Counted from the first letter of the stretch, positions 51,539 through 62,234 are shown. The stretch is 64,000 nt of DNA from Candidatus Bathyarchaeia archaeon (GCA_038883775.1 JAVZLM010000007.1:1-64000), one strand, 5' to 3'. Notes: generated from the letters alone by a model not told the origin. Translations and numbers: made by a program.

Positions 51539-52911
51539 AACCCTGCCTTTAGCAGATTACGCGGTTTCATAATCTCTCTTAAGAGTACAGTTGCATAAGC
51601 CCCGCGATGTAGTGTAAAGCTTATTTTTGCCATGTTTTTAGATAGACTAGTTGCATCAGCACAAACTTCTTTTAATTGAAAATTGTTTAGCGGAGTTAAA
51701 GCAGTTCGCAGTTCGCCTTTCGAGCTTATTTCTGGCATTAAATTGATTTTGAAATTTTCAAAGGTTATGCCTTCTTCGTCCAAGATTTGTTTTTCAATTT
51801 CTCCTTGAACGCCTCGGGAAGGCTTCTGTTTAAAACCTATTAGAGGAAGGGCTAACTGCATTCTTCCAGCTTTTATTGCCTCATTAATTTCTGCAAGGGT
51901 TTCAGTCTTCACGATTTTATACATTGTTAGCAATGGCAATCCAGAACGCTGCACACTAACAACGTAATCGCCGACTTCCGCCTTATTTAACGAAAGCCCT
52001 TCTGCAATTCTTTTGCTTAGGAATTTGTTGAAAAGGTAGGCTTGATAGGCTTGCGGAAAAAGCTCTCGAAGTTTAATTGGCAAACGCCTAAGTGCGCCCA
52101 AAAAATCTTTGGGTTTTTGTGCTAGATGCTTAAGCATTAAACGTTCATAATGCAACTGTTTCGGAAAGTCTTTCAAAGCTTGCCTAAAATCTTGCGTCTT
52201 TTGCAGTTGTTCTCGGGCTTTTCTGGATTCTGGATGCTCATATGGGCTTGGTTTAGCCAAAAAAAGCATCACAGCCTTTTTGAAGTTTCCTTTAACAAGG
52301 GCTTTTCCAATACTATGCGTTATGGGACGAACGGTGCCGAAACGTTGGTGACCGAAAAAATTTGGAACTCCACCAACAGCTTCGAGCTCTTTAATGGTTT
52401 TTTCTATACGCTTTTTAGTGGATGATTTTGGATGGCTTATGTTTCTAATAGTTATGTTGAAATTATTTCCAAGGAGATAGTATGTGGAAAGCTTATGGCG
52501 AAGATAGCCTACGGGATGAATTTTTATATCTTTAACATTAGCCTTTTGAACTTCATCGGCTGAAACACCATCAACCGTGATGAATTGGGCGGTGACTGCT
52601 TTAGCATCTTTTATGCCAGCAAAATGAATGGTATCAGCGTTTATGCCAAGTTGTTTAGCAATGGCGTTTATGGCTAAAAAAGTGTCCCAATTTCGTTTGA
52701 CCAAAACACATAAAAGGTAACGTTTCTTTTCCGCAGAAGAGCCTAATACTTTGGGCTTATCAGAGCATTTTATCTCCGCTCTAGAACCGTCAACAAGAAT
52801 CTCTTCAACAACAAAATCCTCAACAAACTGCCTAATAACTCCACCAACGCCCAAAGAAGTTGTGGCATAAACCTCCATGCCCATGATTTTCTCAAGTTTA
52901 GGAACAAACAA
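51535..52911 (-). CDS. truD: tRNA pseudouridine(13) synthase
   Basis: EDFVVEE, AGIKDAKAVTAQ, GNNF, PNFFGHQRFG and 'GAYATVLLREIMK'. Confidence 0.96.
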   Translation of the reverse strand: MFVPKLEKIMGMEVYATTSLGVGGVIRQFVEDFVVEEILVDGSRAEIKCSDKPKVLGSSAEKKRYLLCVLVKRNWDTFLAINAIAKQLGINADTIHFAGIKDAKAVTAQFITVDGVSADEVQKANVKDIKIHPVGYLRHKLSTYYLLGNNFNITIRNISHPKSSTKKRIEKTIKELEAVGGVPNFFGHQRFGTVRPITHSIGKALVKGNFKKAVMLFLAKPSPYEHPESRKAREQLQKTQDFRQALKDFPKQLHYERLMLKHLAQKPKDFLGALRRLPIKLRELFPQAYQAYLFNKFLSKRIAEGLSLNKAEVGDYVVSVQRSGLPLLTMYKIVKTETLAEINEAIKAGRMQLALPLIGFKQKPSRGVQGEIEKQILDEEGITFENFKINLMPEISSKGELRTALTPLNNFQLKEVCADATSLSKNMAKISFTLHRGAYATVLLREIMKPRNLLKAGF

Positions 52912-52925
52912 GCATCTTGCCTTCC

Positions 52926-53288
52926 TTAGAGAAGGGGAAGCTTACCAGTTAATTTATCGATAATTTCGGATGGGGCAGGACCTACACCCAAACACGTTAT
53001 TGTTCCAGGCGGCACTTCTGTTAAGCCTCTATCCATAATTAGTGCGCATGGCAAAGCCAAAGCCTTCGCCTCTTTTTCCAGCTCCAAAATTTCCTTTTCA
53101 CTTTTAACTTTTACCACAATCTTGCATTGTCCCTCATCCATCCAAGCGCTCCACCAAGCTTTTTGATTTTTGCGAGCCTCTTCAGCAGCAGAAACAGCGC
53201 CATGTCCAGCTTGGGCAGCAATCTTACCTTTACTTAATTTTAAATCTGAACGAAAGACAAGCACTTGCTTATAACGAAATTCCGACAT
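52926..53288 (-). CDS. pth2: Peptidyl-tRNA hydrolase 2
   Basis: 'KQVLV.RSDL..SKGKIAAQAGH' and 'D.GLTEVPPGT.T.LGVGP'. Confidence 0.96.
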   Translation of the reverse strand: MSEFRYKQVLVFRSDLKLSKGKIAAQAGHGAVSAAEEARKNQKAWWSAWMDEGQCKIVVKVKSEKEILELEKEAKALALPCALIMDRGLTEVPPGTITCLGVGPAPSEIIDKLTGKLPLL

Positions 53289-53402
53289 GCCACTTTCAAC
53301 CGCTTACTCCATTTTGTCACTCGAAGATTTTAAGGATTTGCAGATGTTTAGATTTAACTTTGGTATCTACCATGGAGTAGCAAGGAGCCTTACCATTTTA
53401 AG

Positions 53403-53439
53403 TGAAGTTTCCTTTACAGTTTTTGTAAAGTTTTCTTCA
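53403..53439. promoter_or_regulatory. Palindromic putative operator
   Basis: TGAAG..CTTTACA-GTTTT-TGTAAAG..CTTCA, ~50 nt upstream of the wHTH gene at 53492. Confidence 0.5.
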
Positions 53440-53491
53440 TAAAAACCCTTTTCTTTCCATTTAAACTCATAAAAAATGAGGAAAGGGAACA

Positions 53492-54439
53492 ATGTGTGCG
53501 GAAAAAATGGAGGAAGAAACATATTCTTTGATTTTTAAGTCACTCAAACATCCTATACGAAGAAAGATACTTAGAATGTTAGTGGGCAAGCAAATGAGTT
53601 TCTCAGAAATTTTGAACATCCTCTCCATTGACAGTGGGCATCTGAGTTATCACATTGAAAACTTGGGTGAATTGATTAGGCATTCAGAAAACGGCAAATA
53701 CGAACTCTCCAGCATAGGAATTGCTGCAGTAAATCTAATGAGTGGAGTGGAAGAACATCCACATTTGCCAATTTCACCCTCCAAATGGAAAACGAAGAAA
53801 ACGAGGAACATTTTCTTGGTTGCTGTACTTGTTACTCTCATGGCCTCAGCAGTAGGGAATGCATATTATTACAATTTATTGCAGTCTAGCTTACAAAAAA
53901 ATGTAGAAGGCACCGGCTACGCCTTAATTCTATTTGACGACGGCATCTATAGAGCTACAAGCATTTCATATCTCTTATTGACGTATCGACATGGACTCCG
54001 AGAAACCGAACCTAACGAACTTAACATTAAAGCTTTGATTAAAGGTTTTTTCAATGAAATGGAGTATGCATATTATTTTGGTCTAAAAGGGTTAATGGCT
54101 CTAAACCCAGAACTTAGCGGGTATAGGAAACCACTTTATATAATTGATAGATTTATGTGTTATACCTTTATTCAGTGGAAATCATGCCAAGGGGGACCTA
54201 CCGTAAGGTCTGTCCTAGAAAATTTAATAGCAGAAGCGGAGTCACTTGCTAACTATTCTAGGCCATTAGCTGCTTTTAAGGAACTAAACCAAACATCCTT
54301 TCAAAAATTGCAACAATTATCATTCGAAGTTCTTGAATCGTTTGCTACTCCCTTCAATGCAACAAGATTAGAGAATACGATTAACATAGTTAACGATTTA
54401 GAAAATGTTTTGGCTCAATGGCTAAATAAGTACGCATAG
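53492..54439 (+). CDS. Membrane-tethered ArsR-type wHTH regulator with extracytoplasmic domain
   Basis: 'FKSLKHPIRRKIL...DSGHLSYHIENL', one TM segment (~aa 107-125), then ~190 aa of helical domain. Confidence 0.8.
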   Translation: MCAEKMEEETYSLIFKSLKHPIRRKILRMLVGKQMSFSEILNILSIDSGHLSYHIENLGELIRHSENGKYELSSIGIAAVNLMSGVEEHPHLPISPSKWKTKKTRNIFLVAVLVTLMASAVGNAYYYNLLQSSLQKNVEGTGYALILFDDGIYRATSISYLLLTYRHGLRETEPNELNIKALIKGFFNEMEYAYYFGLKGLMALNPELSGYRKPLYIIDRFMCYTFIQWKSCQGGPTVRSVLENLIAEAESLANYSRPLAAFKELNQTSFQKLQQLSFEVLESFATPFNATRLENTINIVNDLENVLAQWLNKYA

Positions 54440-54462
54440 TACTCCTTTAACAACCTATTTAT

Positions 54463-55692
54463 CTACTGCTCCATAAAAGTTGCAGAGATATAAAGAAAAA
54501 AACGAAGGATAATTGGTAAAACCCTCGGATTCGGCAGAAGTTTCAAAAGGGTTTTCCCTTGAAAATCTATTTCTTCAATTTTATTTAAAGTCTTGTTTAA
54601 ATCCAGCCTTTCACATAAACTGATAGCTTCGTCAAGTTTCTCGTCAGACAAACCATTAAGTATCTTCCTAACTTTAAGCATAACCTTCATGTCAAAACCA
54701 AAATTTTCTTTACAGCGCTGAGCGTATACGCTTAGAAATTTTGAAGAAAAATCATTTCTCTGCAAGGCTTCATATGCAACCTCAGCAGCAATTCTTGAAC
54801 AAGATAAGCCAAAAATTAAACCACCGCCGGTTGTAGGCTTAACTTGAGAAGTCGCATCGCCAACAGCCAAAAAACCATTTGAATAAGTTTTTGAGATTGG
54901 TCCGCCAAGAGATATGGGATGAAAAGCCATATGCGAAATTTTTGCTTTGCGCAATTTTTTTGAGGCTACTGGATGTTTAAGCATGAACCGTTGCAAAAAC
55001 TCTTTGGGATTCCCATGTTTTGTGGCTAATCCAACTTTTGCCTCGTCTTCGCCTTTTGGAATCAGCCATGCATAAAAACCAGGCGCATACTCATTGCCGA
55101 GAAAAACTTCTACGCTGTCTTGTTCCACATTTTTAACGTTTTTAACTTCTGCATGTACGCCATGAACGAACATGCGCCCATATTTGGGTGAGAGGTTGGC
55201 TTGCCGCAGAATTTTTGAGGAAATTCCTTCGGCATCCATCACAATTTTAGCGAAATATTTTTCGATTTTTCCATTTTGGTTGACGCTCACTCCTTTCACA
55301 AAACCACTCTCAAAAATTAAGGATTCGACACGAGAATTTAGATGATAGAGAACTCCTTCTTTTTTCGCCATTTCAGCAATGTAATTGTCGAAAAGGGAAC
55401 GATTAACAACACACGTTACGGGTGAAGAAAAGCGGACAGCAAATTCGCTGCCCTTCGGCGAGTGAAAGATAACTCCACGAAAAGTGTTTTCAACAATTTT
55501 CTCTGGAGGCGGATATAAACCTAAACGTTTCAAACCGTTAATTGCCACATGCCCTGGACAATGGATTGGAAAGCCTATTTGAGCGTGTTCTTCGAAAACT
55601 CTTACCTTAACTCCAAGTTTTGCAAGGTTTAGGGCTGTGAAGGAACCGCAGGGTCCGCCTCCGATGATGATGGCATCTGAAAAGTTTTCCAT
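54463..55692 (-). CDS. Geranylgeranyl reductase family flavoprotein
   Basis: GGGPCG, 'DAEG', 'PGFYAWLIP' and 'VGDA..QVKPTTGGG'. Confidence 0.9.
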   Translation of the reverse strand: MENFSDAIIIGGGPCGSFTALNLAKLGVKVRVFEEHAQIGFPIHCPGHVAINGLKRLGLYPPPEKIVENTFRGVIFHSPKGSEFAVRFSSPVTCVVNRSLFDNYIAEMAKKEGVLYHLNSRVESLIFESGFVKGVSVNQNGKIEKYFAKIVMDAEGISSKILRQANLSPKYGRMFVHGVHAEVKNVKNVEQDSVEVFLGNEYAPGFYAWLIPKGEDEAKVGLATKHGNPKEFLQRFMLKHPVASKKLRKAKISHMAFHPISLGGPISKTYSNGFLAVGDATSQVKPTTGGGLIFGLSCSRIAAEVAYEALQRNDFSSKFLSVYAQRCKENFGFDMKVMLKVRKILNGLSDEKLDEAISLCERLDLNKTLNKIEEIDFQGKTLLKLLPNPRVLPIILRFFLYISATFMEQ

Positions 55693-55724
55693 GATTACAC
55701 ATTAAAAGAGTTGAAGTTAAAGGC

Positions 55725-55952
55725 TTATGTTATAAGTTCGATTCTTCTTTTTCCACGAACCATAGAAGTTGTCCGTATTTTTCCAGCGACCTCTAACCTC
55801 ATAAGAAACTCGTTAAAGTCCTTGAAGCCCAAATCCTTAAACTCCTCACTTAAAACCTCAAAGAGCTCAGTATCCGTCATGGCGCCCTTCTTTTTCAAGA
55901 CTTCTAAAAGAACATAATAGGCTGGATGTGTCTTCCAAGTTTTAACTGGCAA
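55725..55952 (-). CDS. Small wHTH protein downstream of cdc48
   Basis: 'LKKKGAMTDTELFE.L...FNEFLMRLEVAGKI'. Confidence 0.75.
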   Translation of the reverse strand: MPVKTWKTHPAYYVLLEVLKKKGAMTDTELFEVLSEEFKDLGFKDFNEFLMRLEVAGKIRTTSMVRGKRRIELIT

Positions 55953-55964
55953 ATTTACGCACTC

Positions 55965-58136
55965 CTAAGCCACCGGTGTTGCTGGCTTTTGAACTTGCCT
56001 CACTTGCTGCATGAAGCCTTTGTACCATTTTTCCATGTCAGGAGTTATTGAAGGCCCAATTTTTTTCATTGCTTCTTGAAAATCAGCCAATGTAACCTCT
56101 TTAGCGTTTACATCTCTTCTCAAGGCGTGCATAGCTGCTTCTCTGCAGAGGGCTTCTATGTCTGCGCCAGAATAATTCTTGGTTATGGCGGCTAACTGCT
56201 CTAGGTTTACGTCTTTGGATAATGGCATGTTTCTTGTGTGAATTTTGAATATTTGAAGCCGAGTTTTTTCGTCAGGTTCTGGCACATATATCAGCCTATC
56301 AAATCTTCCAGGTCGAAGCACTGCTGGGTCAATAATGTCAGGCCTGTTCGTAGCCGCTATGACAACGACGTCCTCTAAAGTTAGGATTCCATCCATTTCA
56401 GTTAGGAGTTGGCTGATTACGCGCTCTGTTACGCCGCTGTCTGCAAAACCTAAGCCTCTTCGAGGCACAAGGGAATCCATCTCATCAAAGAATATTACGG
56501 CTGGTGCTGCCATTCGGGCTTTTCTGAAAACTTCCCTTATCGCTTTTTCAGATTCGCCAACCCATTTTGAAAAAACTTCTGGACCCTTAATTGTTATGAA
56601 GTTTGCTTCGCTTTCTGTTGCCACAGCCCTAGCCAACAAAGTCTTACCACAACCAGGCGGTCCATAGAGAAGTATGCCCTTTGGAGGCTTTATTCCAAGC
56701 CTCTTGAAAATTTCAGGGTTTTTAAGGGGCCATTCCACAGCTTCTTTAAGTTCCTGTTTGACTTCTTCCAGCCCGCCGATGTCGTCCCAGTGGATTGTCG
56801 GAACTTCTATGTAGACTTCCCGCATGGCTGTTGGCGTCACTTCCTTGTAGGCGTTTATGAAATCCTCCATTTTCACTTCCATTTTTTCTAAAACACTTGG
56901 TGGTATGCGCTCCTCTTCAAGGTTTATTTGGGGCAAGTATCTGCGGAGGGCTTTCATGGCTGTTTCTCTGCATAAAGCTGCCAAATCTGCACCTGTATAG
57001 CCATGAGTTATTTCAGAAAGCTTCTTTAAGTCAACATCCTCAGCCAAAGGCATCCCACGAGTGTGAATTTGTAATATTTCATATCTTCCCCGCTTGTCTG
57101 GAACGCCTATCTCGATTTCTCTGTCAAACCTGCCTGGTCTCCGAAGGGCTGGGTCAAGGGCACCGGGTCTGTTAGTGGCGCCAATAACTATGACATTTCC
57201 TCTTCCAGATAAACCGTCCATTAGGGCTAGAAGTTGCGCGACAACTCGCCTTTCAACTTCGCCAGTCACTTCTTCCCGTTTTGGCGCTATGGCATCCAAC
57301 TCGTCAATGAATATTATGCTTGGAGCGTTCTGTTGGGCTTGCTGGAAGATTTCTCTAAGTCTGGCTTCGGATTCGCCATAAAATTTGCTCATTATTTCAG
57401 GTCCGTTTATTGAGAAGAAATTCGCTTCAGACTCATTAGCAACAGCCCTAGCCAACAAAGTCTTACCACAACCAGGCGGTCCATGAAGCAATACGCCTTT
57501 CGGAGGTTCTATTCCAAGCCTTTGGAAAAGCTCCGGATGCCTTAATGGAAGTTCAACCATTTCGCGTACTCTTTGGATTTCCTCTTGCAGTCCGCCGATG
57601 TCTTCGTATGTTGTTCTTGGGAGCCCTCGCCCTTCGGGTGCTGGTTCGTTCAAGATTGTTAGTCTAGTTTCTGGAGTAACTTTAACTATGCCGTGGGGGC
57701 GAGTTTTTGACACAGTAAAGGGTATAGCGTGTCCAAGCATCATAACCAGCGTGGTGTCACCTTCCACAAGGGTTCTTTCCATGAGGCGGTTTTTGACAAA
57801 GTTTGTGAAGTCTTCGTCAACGTTTAATCTCATGTCCACAGGCGCCAATGTTATGCTTATGGCGTTTTTGACTTTGGCTGGTCTTGCGATTACGTATTCG
57901 TTTATTGCTACTCCAGCGTTTTTGCGGGTGAAACCGTCTATTCTTATAATGTCTCTGTTTTGGTCTTCGCTGTAGGCTGGCCAGGCTATGGCTGAAGTTG
58001 ACCTTTTACCCACTATTTCTATGACATCGCCCGCTGAAATGCCCAGTTTTTCCATTGTTCTTTGGTCTATACGGGCTATTCCTCTTCCGACATCCCTCTG
58101 TTTTGCGTCGCCAACACGCAATTGCACTTCACTCAA
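55965..58136 (-). CDS. cdc48: CDC48/VCP AAA+ ATPase
   Basis: N-domain '[11 protein letters not shown]', two AAA modules ([10 protein letters not shown]) and SRH 'RPGRFDR' twice. Confidence 0.97.
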   Translation of the reverse strand: MSEVQLRVGDAKQRDVGRGIARIDQRTMEKLGISAGDVIEIVGKRSTSAIAWPAYSEDQNRDIIRIDGFTRKNAGVAINEYVIARPAKVKNAISITLAPVDMRLNVDEDFTNFVKNRLMERTLVEGDTTLVMMLGHAIPFTVSKTRPHGIVKVTPETRLTILNEPAPEGRGLPRTTYEDIGGLQEEIQRVREMVELPLRHPELFQRLGIEPPKGVLLHGPPGCGKTLLARAVANESEANFFSINGPEIMSKFYGESEARLREIFQQAQQNAPSIIFIDELDAIAPKREEVTGEVERRVVAQLLALMDGLSGRGNVIVIGATNRPGALDPALRRPGRFDREIEIGVPDKRGRYEILQIHTRGMPLAEDVDLKKLSEITHGYTGADLAALCRETAMKALRRYLPQINLEEERIPPSVLEKMEVKMEDFINAYKEVTPTAMREVYIEVPTIHWDDIGGLEEVKQELKEAVEWPLKNPEIFKRLGIKPPKGILLYGPPGCGKTLLARAVATESEANFITIKGPEVFSKWVGESEKAIREVFRKARMAAPAVIFFDEMDSLVPRRGLGFADSGVTERVISQLLTEMDGILTLEDVVVIAATNRPDIIDPAVLRPGRFDRLIYVPEPDEKTRLQIFKIHTRNMPLSKDVNLEQLAAITKNYSGADIEALCREAAMHALRRDVNAKEVTLADFQEAMKKIGPSITPDMEKWYKGFMQQVRQVQKPATPVA
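56623..57484. repeat. 43-bp exact direct repeat (copies at 56623-56665 and 57442-57484)
   Basis: ACAGCCCTAGCCAACAAAGTCTTACCACAACCAGGCGGTCCAT occurs at both Walker A regions of cdc48. Confidence 0.92.
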
Positions 58137-58220
58137 TTAGAACTCCTCCGTTATTAGCGTCATAACACGTTTCAAGCAAAGATTCATTCCTATATAAATG
58201 TTTAAAACAACCGTTTAAGG

Positions 58221-58496
58221 TTATCTGCTCACCCTGCGCACCATAATCGTTTGCACCTGGCTTATTTCACTCACTGCTTCAAGCTTCTTTTCAAATTCAT
58301 CAAGCATGCCAGTTTTGTCTTCTGGAAATTTTATGTGCGCTATTAATGCTTTCAAGCCAAAGGCTATGGGTTCCTCACCATATCCATAAACGGATGCAAA
58401 CTCTGGTAAACATTTCTCAATTTTCTTTTTCAAATCAGTAAAGTCCACGATTACGTCTGTTGGAAATATTTTGTATGAGATTATTACATTACCCAT
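58221..58496 (-). CDS. ef1b: Elongation factor 1-beta
   Basis: 'KIFP', 'EEPIAFGLKAL', 91 aa. Confidence 0.93.
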   Translation of the reverse strand: MGNVIISYKIFPTDVIVDFTDLKKKIEKCLPEFASVYGYGEEPIAFGLKALIAHIKFPEDKTGMLDEFEKKLEAVSEISQVQTIMVRRVSR

Positions 58497-58630
58497 TCAA
58501 TTATCCACCTTGCAAATCTTTCGCCCTTTTTAACAATTGGAGAACCTCATTTAAGTCTTGCTTATCCAAATCCTCTAAATGACTATATGTTGTATGAATT
58601 TTAAAGAAAAGAAATTATAAAAAGGGGACT

Positions 58631-58909
58631 TTAAGAACGCTCACGATATTCTTCTATTTTTTTCACAAGCCTTTCCACATTTTCGGGTTTCTCGGCAAAG
58701 GCAAGAAGTTTTTCGCTGTCTGGTCCAATAAGGATAAAAAGGGGTTGGAGGTAGAGGCGGGCAAGTTGGGACCAAACGTGGCTTGTTGGTCCAACGGTTT
58801 CTAGAAAGAGCAAAGCGATGCCGTCCATTTTTGAATCGACTATTTTTTTGGCTATTTTTGAAAGCCATTCTTCTTCGGTGTTTTCCACAGTTTTCTGATC
58901 CAAGCTCAT
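58631..58909 (-). CDS. Small conserved hypothetical protein, last gene of the membrane operon
   Basis: 92 aa, 'ALLFLETVGP', 15 nt downstream of the previous gene. Confidence 0.7.
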   Translation of the reverse strand: MSLDQKTVENTEEEWLSKIAKKIVDSKMDGIALLFLETVGPTSHVWSQLARLYLQPLFILIGPDSEKLLAFAEKPENVERLVKKIEEYRERS

Positions 58910-58924
58910 AGAAATTTACCTTTG

Positions 58925-59635
58925 CTATTTTCGTCTCATGGCGTAGGCTATTGCAATCACAGCCAACACAACTGCTATTATGGCAGCGTATGGTTGCGGC
59001 TGGAAGTACTGCAAGTATATTCCTATTAAGAACCCGACCCTTGTCATTATTGTGTTTGCGAATAAAGCTCCGAAGCCAACCATCATTCCATATACTCCTA
59101 TTAGGAAGAACGCTCTGTATATCTTATGCACCACTGTTGATTTTCCTTCAGCCTTTGGAAATATAGTGAATATGAAATAGGTTAGTCCACCGAGGGTTAT
59201 CAGAACCATGAGCCAGTTGTTAAAGGTTGCTTGCAGATCTGTGGGTGTCCAAAGGGGTACTATGGCGGCATTTATTTGTTTTATTATATTAGCCATCGGG
59301 GCGGTTCTTAAGGCTAGGGCTGCACCTACAGCAACGTTTACGCCTATGCCATACCTTGCAACCCAATAATACTTCTTTGAGTATTTAAAGAAGAATGTAA
59401 GCCCTAACAACAATGGTATTATCAGATGCCAGTTTGCCACAACATCTTTGCCCAATGGAACAAAGGCTGTTTTGTTTAGGCTGTCTAGCGAAAGCGCTAT
59501 GGAATATCCTGCTGCAGTTCCAACAAACAAGTGTTCAGCAATGCGGTATAAGACATTATCTTTGTATACAAAGCTGTAAAGCCACACTACTATAATGGCT
59601 GCAAGCCAAGCGCCCATTAATTCTGGCGTGATCAT
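58925..59635 (-). CDS. Multi-TM membrane protein (~7 TM)
   Basis: 'YSFVYKDNVLYRIAEHLFVGTAAGY' and 'MVGFGALFANTIMTR'. ATGA overlap with the upstream gene and a GAGGTGA SD. Confidence 0.85.
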   Translation of the reverse strand: MITPELMGAWLAAIIVVWLYSFVYKDNVLYRIAEHLFVGTAAGYSIALSLDSLNKTAFVPLGKDVVANWHLIIPLLLGLTFFFKYSKKYYWVARYGIGVNVAVGAALALRTAPMANIIKQINAAIVPLWTPTDLQATFNNWLMVLITLGGLTYFIFTIFPKAEGKSTVVHKIYRAFFLIGVYGMMVGFGALFANTIMTRVGFLIGIYLQYFQPQPYAAIIAVVLAVIAIAYAMRRK

Positions 59636-60486
59636 TTCTTCTCACCTCTCTTAGAAAGCTTTGTGTAGGCAAACACTATGTTTCCCAAGATAATGAACAG
59701 CAGAATAAGTCCGTGGGCAAAGCTTTGAGCATCCATGGAAGCAATGCCTAAACCCTTTCTTCCGACAAGAAGTTCGTATTCGGCTGCTGCCCTCTGTCCA
59801 GTAAGCATACCTATTGCTTGTCCAGCACCCACATAGGGTTCGACGGAAGGCCCTATAACGCTAAGAACGCAAAATAGGAGGGGCGTGTGGTATGGTGTGT
59901 ACCATTGGCGAACATACCATGCGAAAGTGTCTGTTCCAGATGATGCAACAAGAACTAGCTTATAGTCTGCAGCAGTATTAGCTTCTTGTATTAAAGGCAA
60001 ATTCGAAGTCGGGTTGCCGTAGTTATCTACTGCAACAGTTCCAGTAATACTACTTGCTAATGATGCTAATGCTGACTCACCTCCTGCAATGTATCCTAAG
60101 AAGACGTAGTCTTCTCCGTAAGTTTTGCCTTCAAACAAGTCAGGAGCAGAAGACTGCAAAAACTGAAATGCAAGTGGACCATAAGTTGCCATCGAAAGAA
60201 ACACTAGTTTACAATTTTTCTCAAATAAGTGTTTCATGAGAGCTATGACTTGAGGCTCTAATTCAGCTCTGGCAGCGACCTCATAGTATATTTCCACAAG
60301 AACTGGTGAACCAGGCGGAAGCTTGCTATCATCTTCTATGTAGTCATAAACTGCCTTTGTGCGCGATGAAATTCCTATTGGAAGCCCCATAGGGTATATG
60401 AGAGGAGCTATTATCAGAATTATCAGCAACGTGTACAATAATTGCCGTGTGCTTAATACTTTATCAATTTTTTCTATCGCCGTCAT
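59632..60486 (-). CDS. Membrane protein: TM, alpha/beta soluble domain, TM
   Basis: 'YGEDYVFLGYIAGGE', 'AAEYELL' and 'MDAQSFAH'. Start at ATG 60486 after GGAGGG. Confidence 0.85.
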   Translation of the reverse strand: MTAIEKIDKVLSTRQLLYTLLIILIIAPLIYPMGLPIGISSRTKAVYDYIEDDSKLPPGSPVLVEIYYEVAARAELEPQVIALMKHLFEKNCKLVFLSMATYGPLAFQFLQSSAPDLFEGKTYGEDYVFLGYIAGGESALASLASSITGTVAVDNYGNPTSNLPLIQEANTAADYKLVLVASSGTDTFAWYVRQWYTPYHTPLLFCVLSVIGPSVEPYVGAGQAIGMLTGQRAAAEYELLVGRKGLGIASMDAQSFAHGLILLFIILGNIVFAYTKLSKRGEKK

Positions 60487-60488
60487 TT

Positions 60489-61157
60489 CTATTCCCTCCT
60501 CCCCATCCAAGTGACTTCTTTACCCAAGAGAAGCCTTAGACCCAGTATTATTATTCCAAAGCCTAAACCCATAGTGATGGGTCTGAATGCTGCGGTGTTT
60601 GGAACAGTCATTATCCAGTCTCTGACGGGGAGGAAACCGCTCCATATTATTTCACCAAGGCTTGTGTTACCGAGCATTATGAGGATAGCTACGATTAGCA
60701 AGAGAAGCGCTGGTGGGTTCCTAACTCTGAAAGCTCTATATGAGGCGGAAGCTATGTAGAAGACAAGGATAGAATACATTGCAGCATCCGAAGGCGCAAA
60801 TATATAAGTGTAGAGCCACTGGAAGTTAGTTTGTGTAGTTATTGCGATTCCAGAAGATAGGGCATAAACTGCAAAGGCGACCATTATTACCTCCATAACA
60901 ATTACTATGCCACTAAAGAATACTTGTTTCGGCTCTTTTTTCCGACTCTGATTTACGTGGTACCTTAATATGTCTATGCCTCCAACTATGGCGGCTATCG
61001 CCGTTATTACAACAACCCAGTCGGTCAGAGCCTTATTACCAGTGTCAAAGGCTTTCTTCACATCGCTGCTTATGTAGAAGAAGTAGAAGAGCACCATCAG
61101 CACTATTATGACGGTTACAATGACTTGGGGAATATTTCTCCTTATTACAGCACCCAT
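60489..61157 (-). CDS. Multi-TM membrane protein (~6 TM)
   Basis: 'AMYSILVFYIASASYRAFRVR' and 'WIMTVPNTAAFR'. GGGGTGA SD before ATG 61157. Confidence 0.85.
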   Translation of the reverse strand: MGAVIRRNIPQVIVTVIIVLMVLFYFFYISSDVKKAFDTGNKALTDWVVVITAIAAIVGGIDILRYHVNQSRKKEPKQVFFSGIVIVMEVIMVAFAVYALSSGIAITTQTNFQWLYTYIFAPSDAAMYSILVFYIASASYRAFRVRNPPALLLLIVAILIMLGNTSLGEIIWSGFLPVRDWIMTVPNTAAFRPITMGLGFGIIILGLRLLLGKEVTWMGRRE

Positions 61158-61169
61158 TCGTTTCACCCC

Positions 61170-61985
61170 TTACTTGAGCAGTTCTGTTGCCAGTTTAATG
61201 CCCAGCGGCAGCAAGGCAAGACCAATCACTATTAGAACCCATGAAAGCAACTTTCCTATGTCCTGTCCTCTAATAGATGATAAAGTTACATTGTCTCCAG
61301 AAGCCAAAGCACCAGCAGCGAAAATTTCCTCGCCTATGAAGGCATAATCAGCAGCTAAGACGAAGAAGGGAATTTGAGTTTCTCGGGCTGTTCCAGCAAT
61401 TTGGAAAGCTCCGATCATAGTGCCAGCTTCAACAAATATTAGGGATTCAGCCCAGAAAGGCCCAACTATTATGTTTGTTCCAGCATTTTCTCTCTGAATT
61501 GTCGCTTGAACAGCAGAAGCAAAAGCAAACTGCTGGTCCGTCAAATATCTCACATTATAGGTAACATTATAAAGTTCTGGTTTCCCAGCAGAATAATATG
61601 CATCACGAATAACCTCTTCTTCCGCCGCTATAAGCTCTGGCACCCCAAGCGTTGAAACAAGATTCGCACCGTATTTACCGCAAAGTTTCGCCACGTGATT
61701 TAGCACTCCCAAACCAGCCAAGTATTGAGGGGCATGAGCAGTGGATAATGGACCATATCCGAGAGTGAAGTGAACTGGTCTGCCCATTTCGACGGATCTT
61801 GCCACACCTTCTTCTATAGCGTCAAAGGCAGCCATCTTCCTAACAGGAATTGGTTTGCCTCCCTTAGCTTTCCGCATGAAATAGTAGCCTGCAAGCATAA
61901 GAAACATTAGCAAGACAAAAGAGTAGGCTCCAGATTTCTGATAAATAATCTGGTAAATAATGTCTTTCCATATGTCCATTGCCAT
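61170..61985 (-). CDS. DUF6754-like membrane protein
   Basis: 'RKMAAFDAIEEGVARSVEMGRPVHF..G', 'QIAGT...QIPFF...DY..IGEEIFAAGA..S'. AGGAG SD before ATG 61985. The family name is from recall. Confidence 0.75.
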   Translation of the reverse strand: MAMDIWKDIIYQIIYQKSGAYSFVLLMFLMLAGYYFMRKAKGGKPIPVRKMAAFDAIEEGVARSVEMGRPVHFTLGYGPLSTAHAPQYLAGLGVLNHVAKLCGKYGANLVSTLGVPELIAAEEEVIRDAYYSAGKPELYNVTYNVRYLTDQQFAFASAVQATIQRENAGTNIIVGPFWAESLIFVEAGTMIGAFQIAGTARETQIPFFVLAADYAFIGEEIFAAGALASGDNVTLSSIRGQDIGKLLSWVLIVIGLALLPLGIKLATELLK

Positions 61986-62036
61986 TTTTCTCCTTTTTAT
62001 TTTTGAAAAACAATGTTCCATATAGAAAGCATTTAT

Positions 62037-62051
62037 TATATAAGATTTTCC
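62037..62051 (-). promoter_or_regulatory. Putative BRE/TATA for the membrane operon
   Basis: Minus strand reads GAAAATC-TTATATAA ~50 nt upstream of ATG 61985. Confidence 0.5.
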
Positions 62052-62234
62052 AGACATCATAGCAAAAAGAACAGAAAAAGGTCTTTATAGACAAAAAACG
62101 AAACGGAAATAGATGCAATTCACGAAAGAAACACGCTTCATAGAATAACGCCATTTTCATTAATTTTTCAATACTTTCAAGAAATAACATATATAACTCT
62201 CCAAATTCTTATAACTCAGAAAACGCTGGTCAAA

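Noticed and set aside
61986-62060. N-terminal extension of the DUF6754-like ORF given in the track
   Set aside because: It overlaps a TATA/BRE-like element, and the SD favours ATG 61985.
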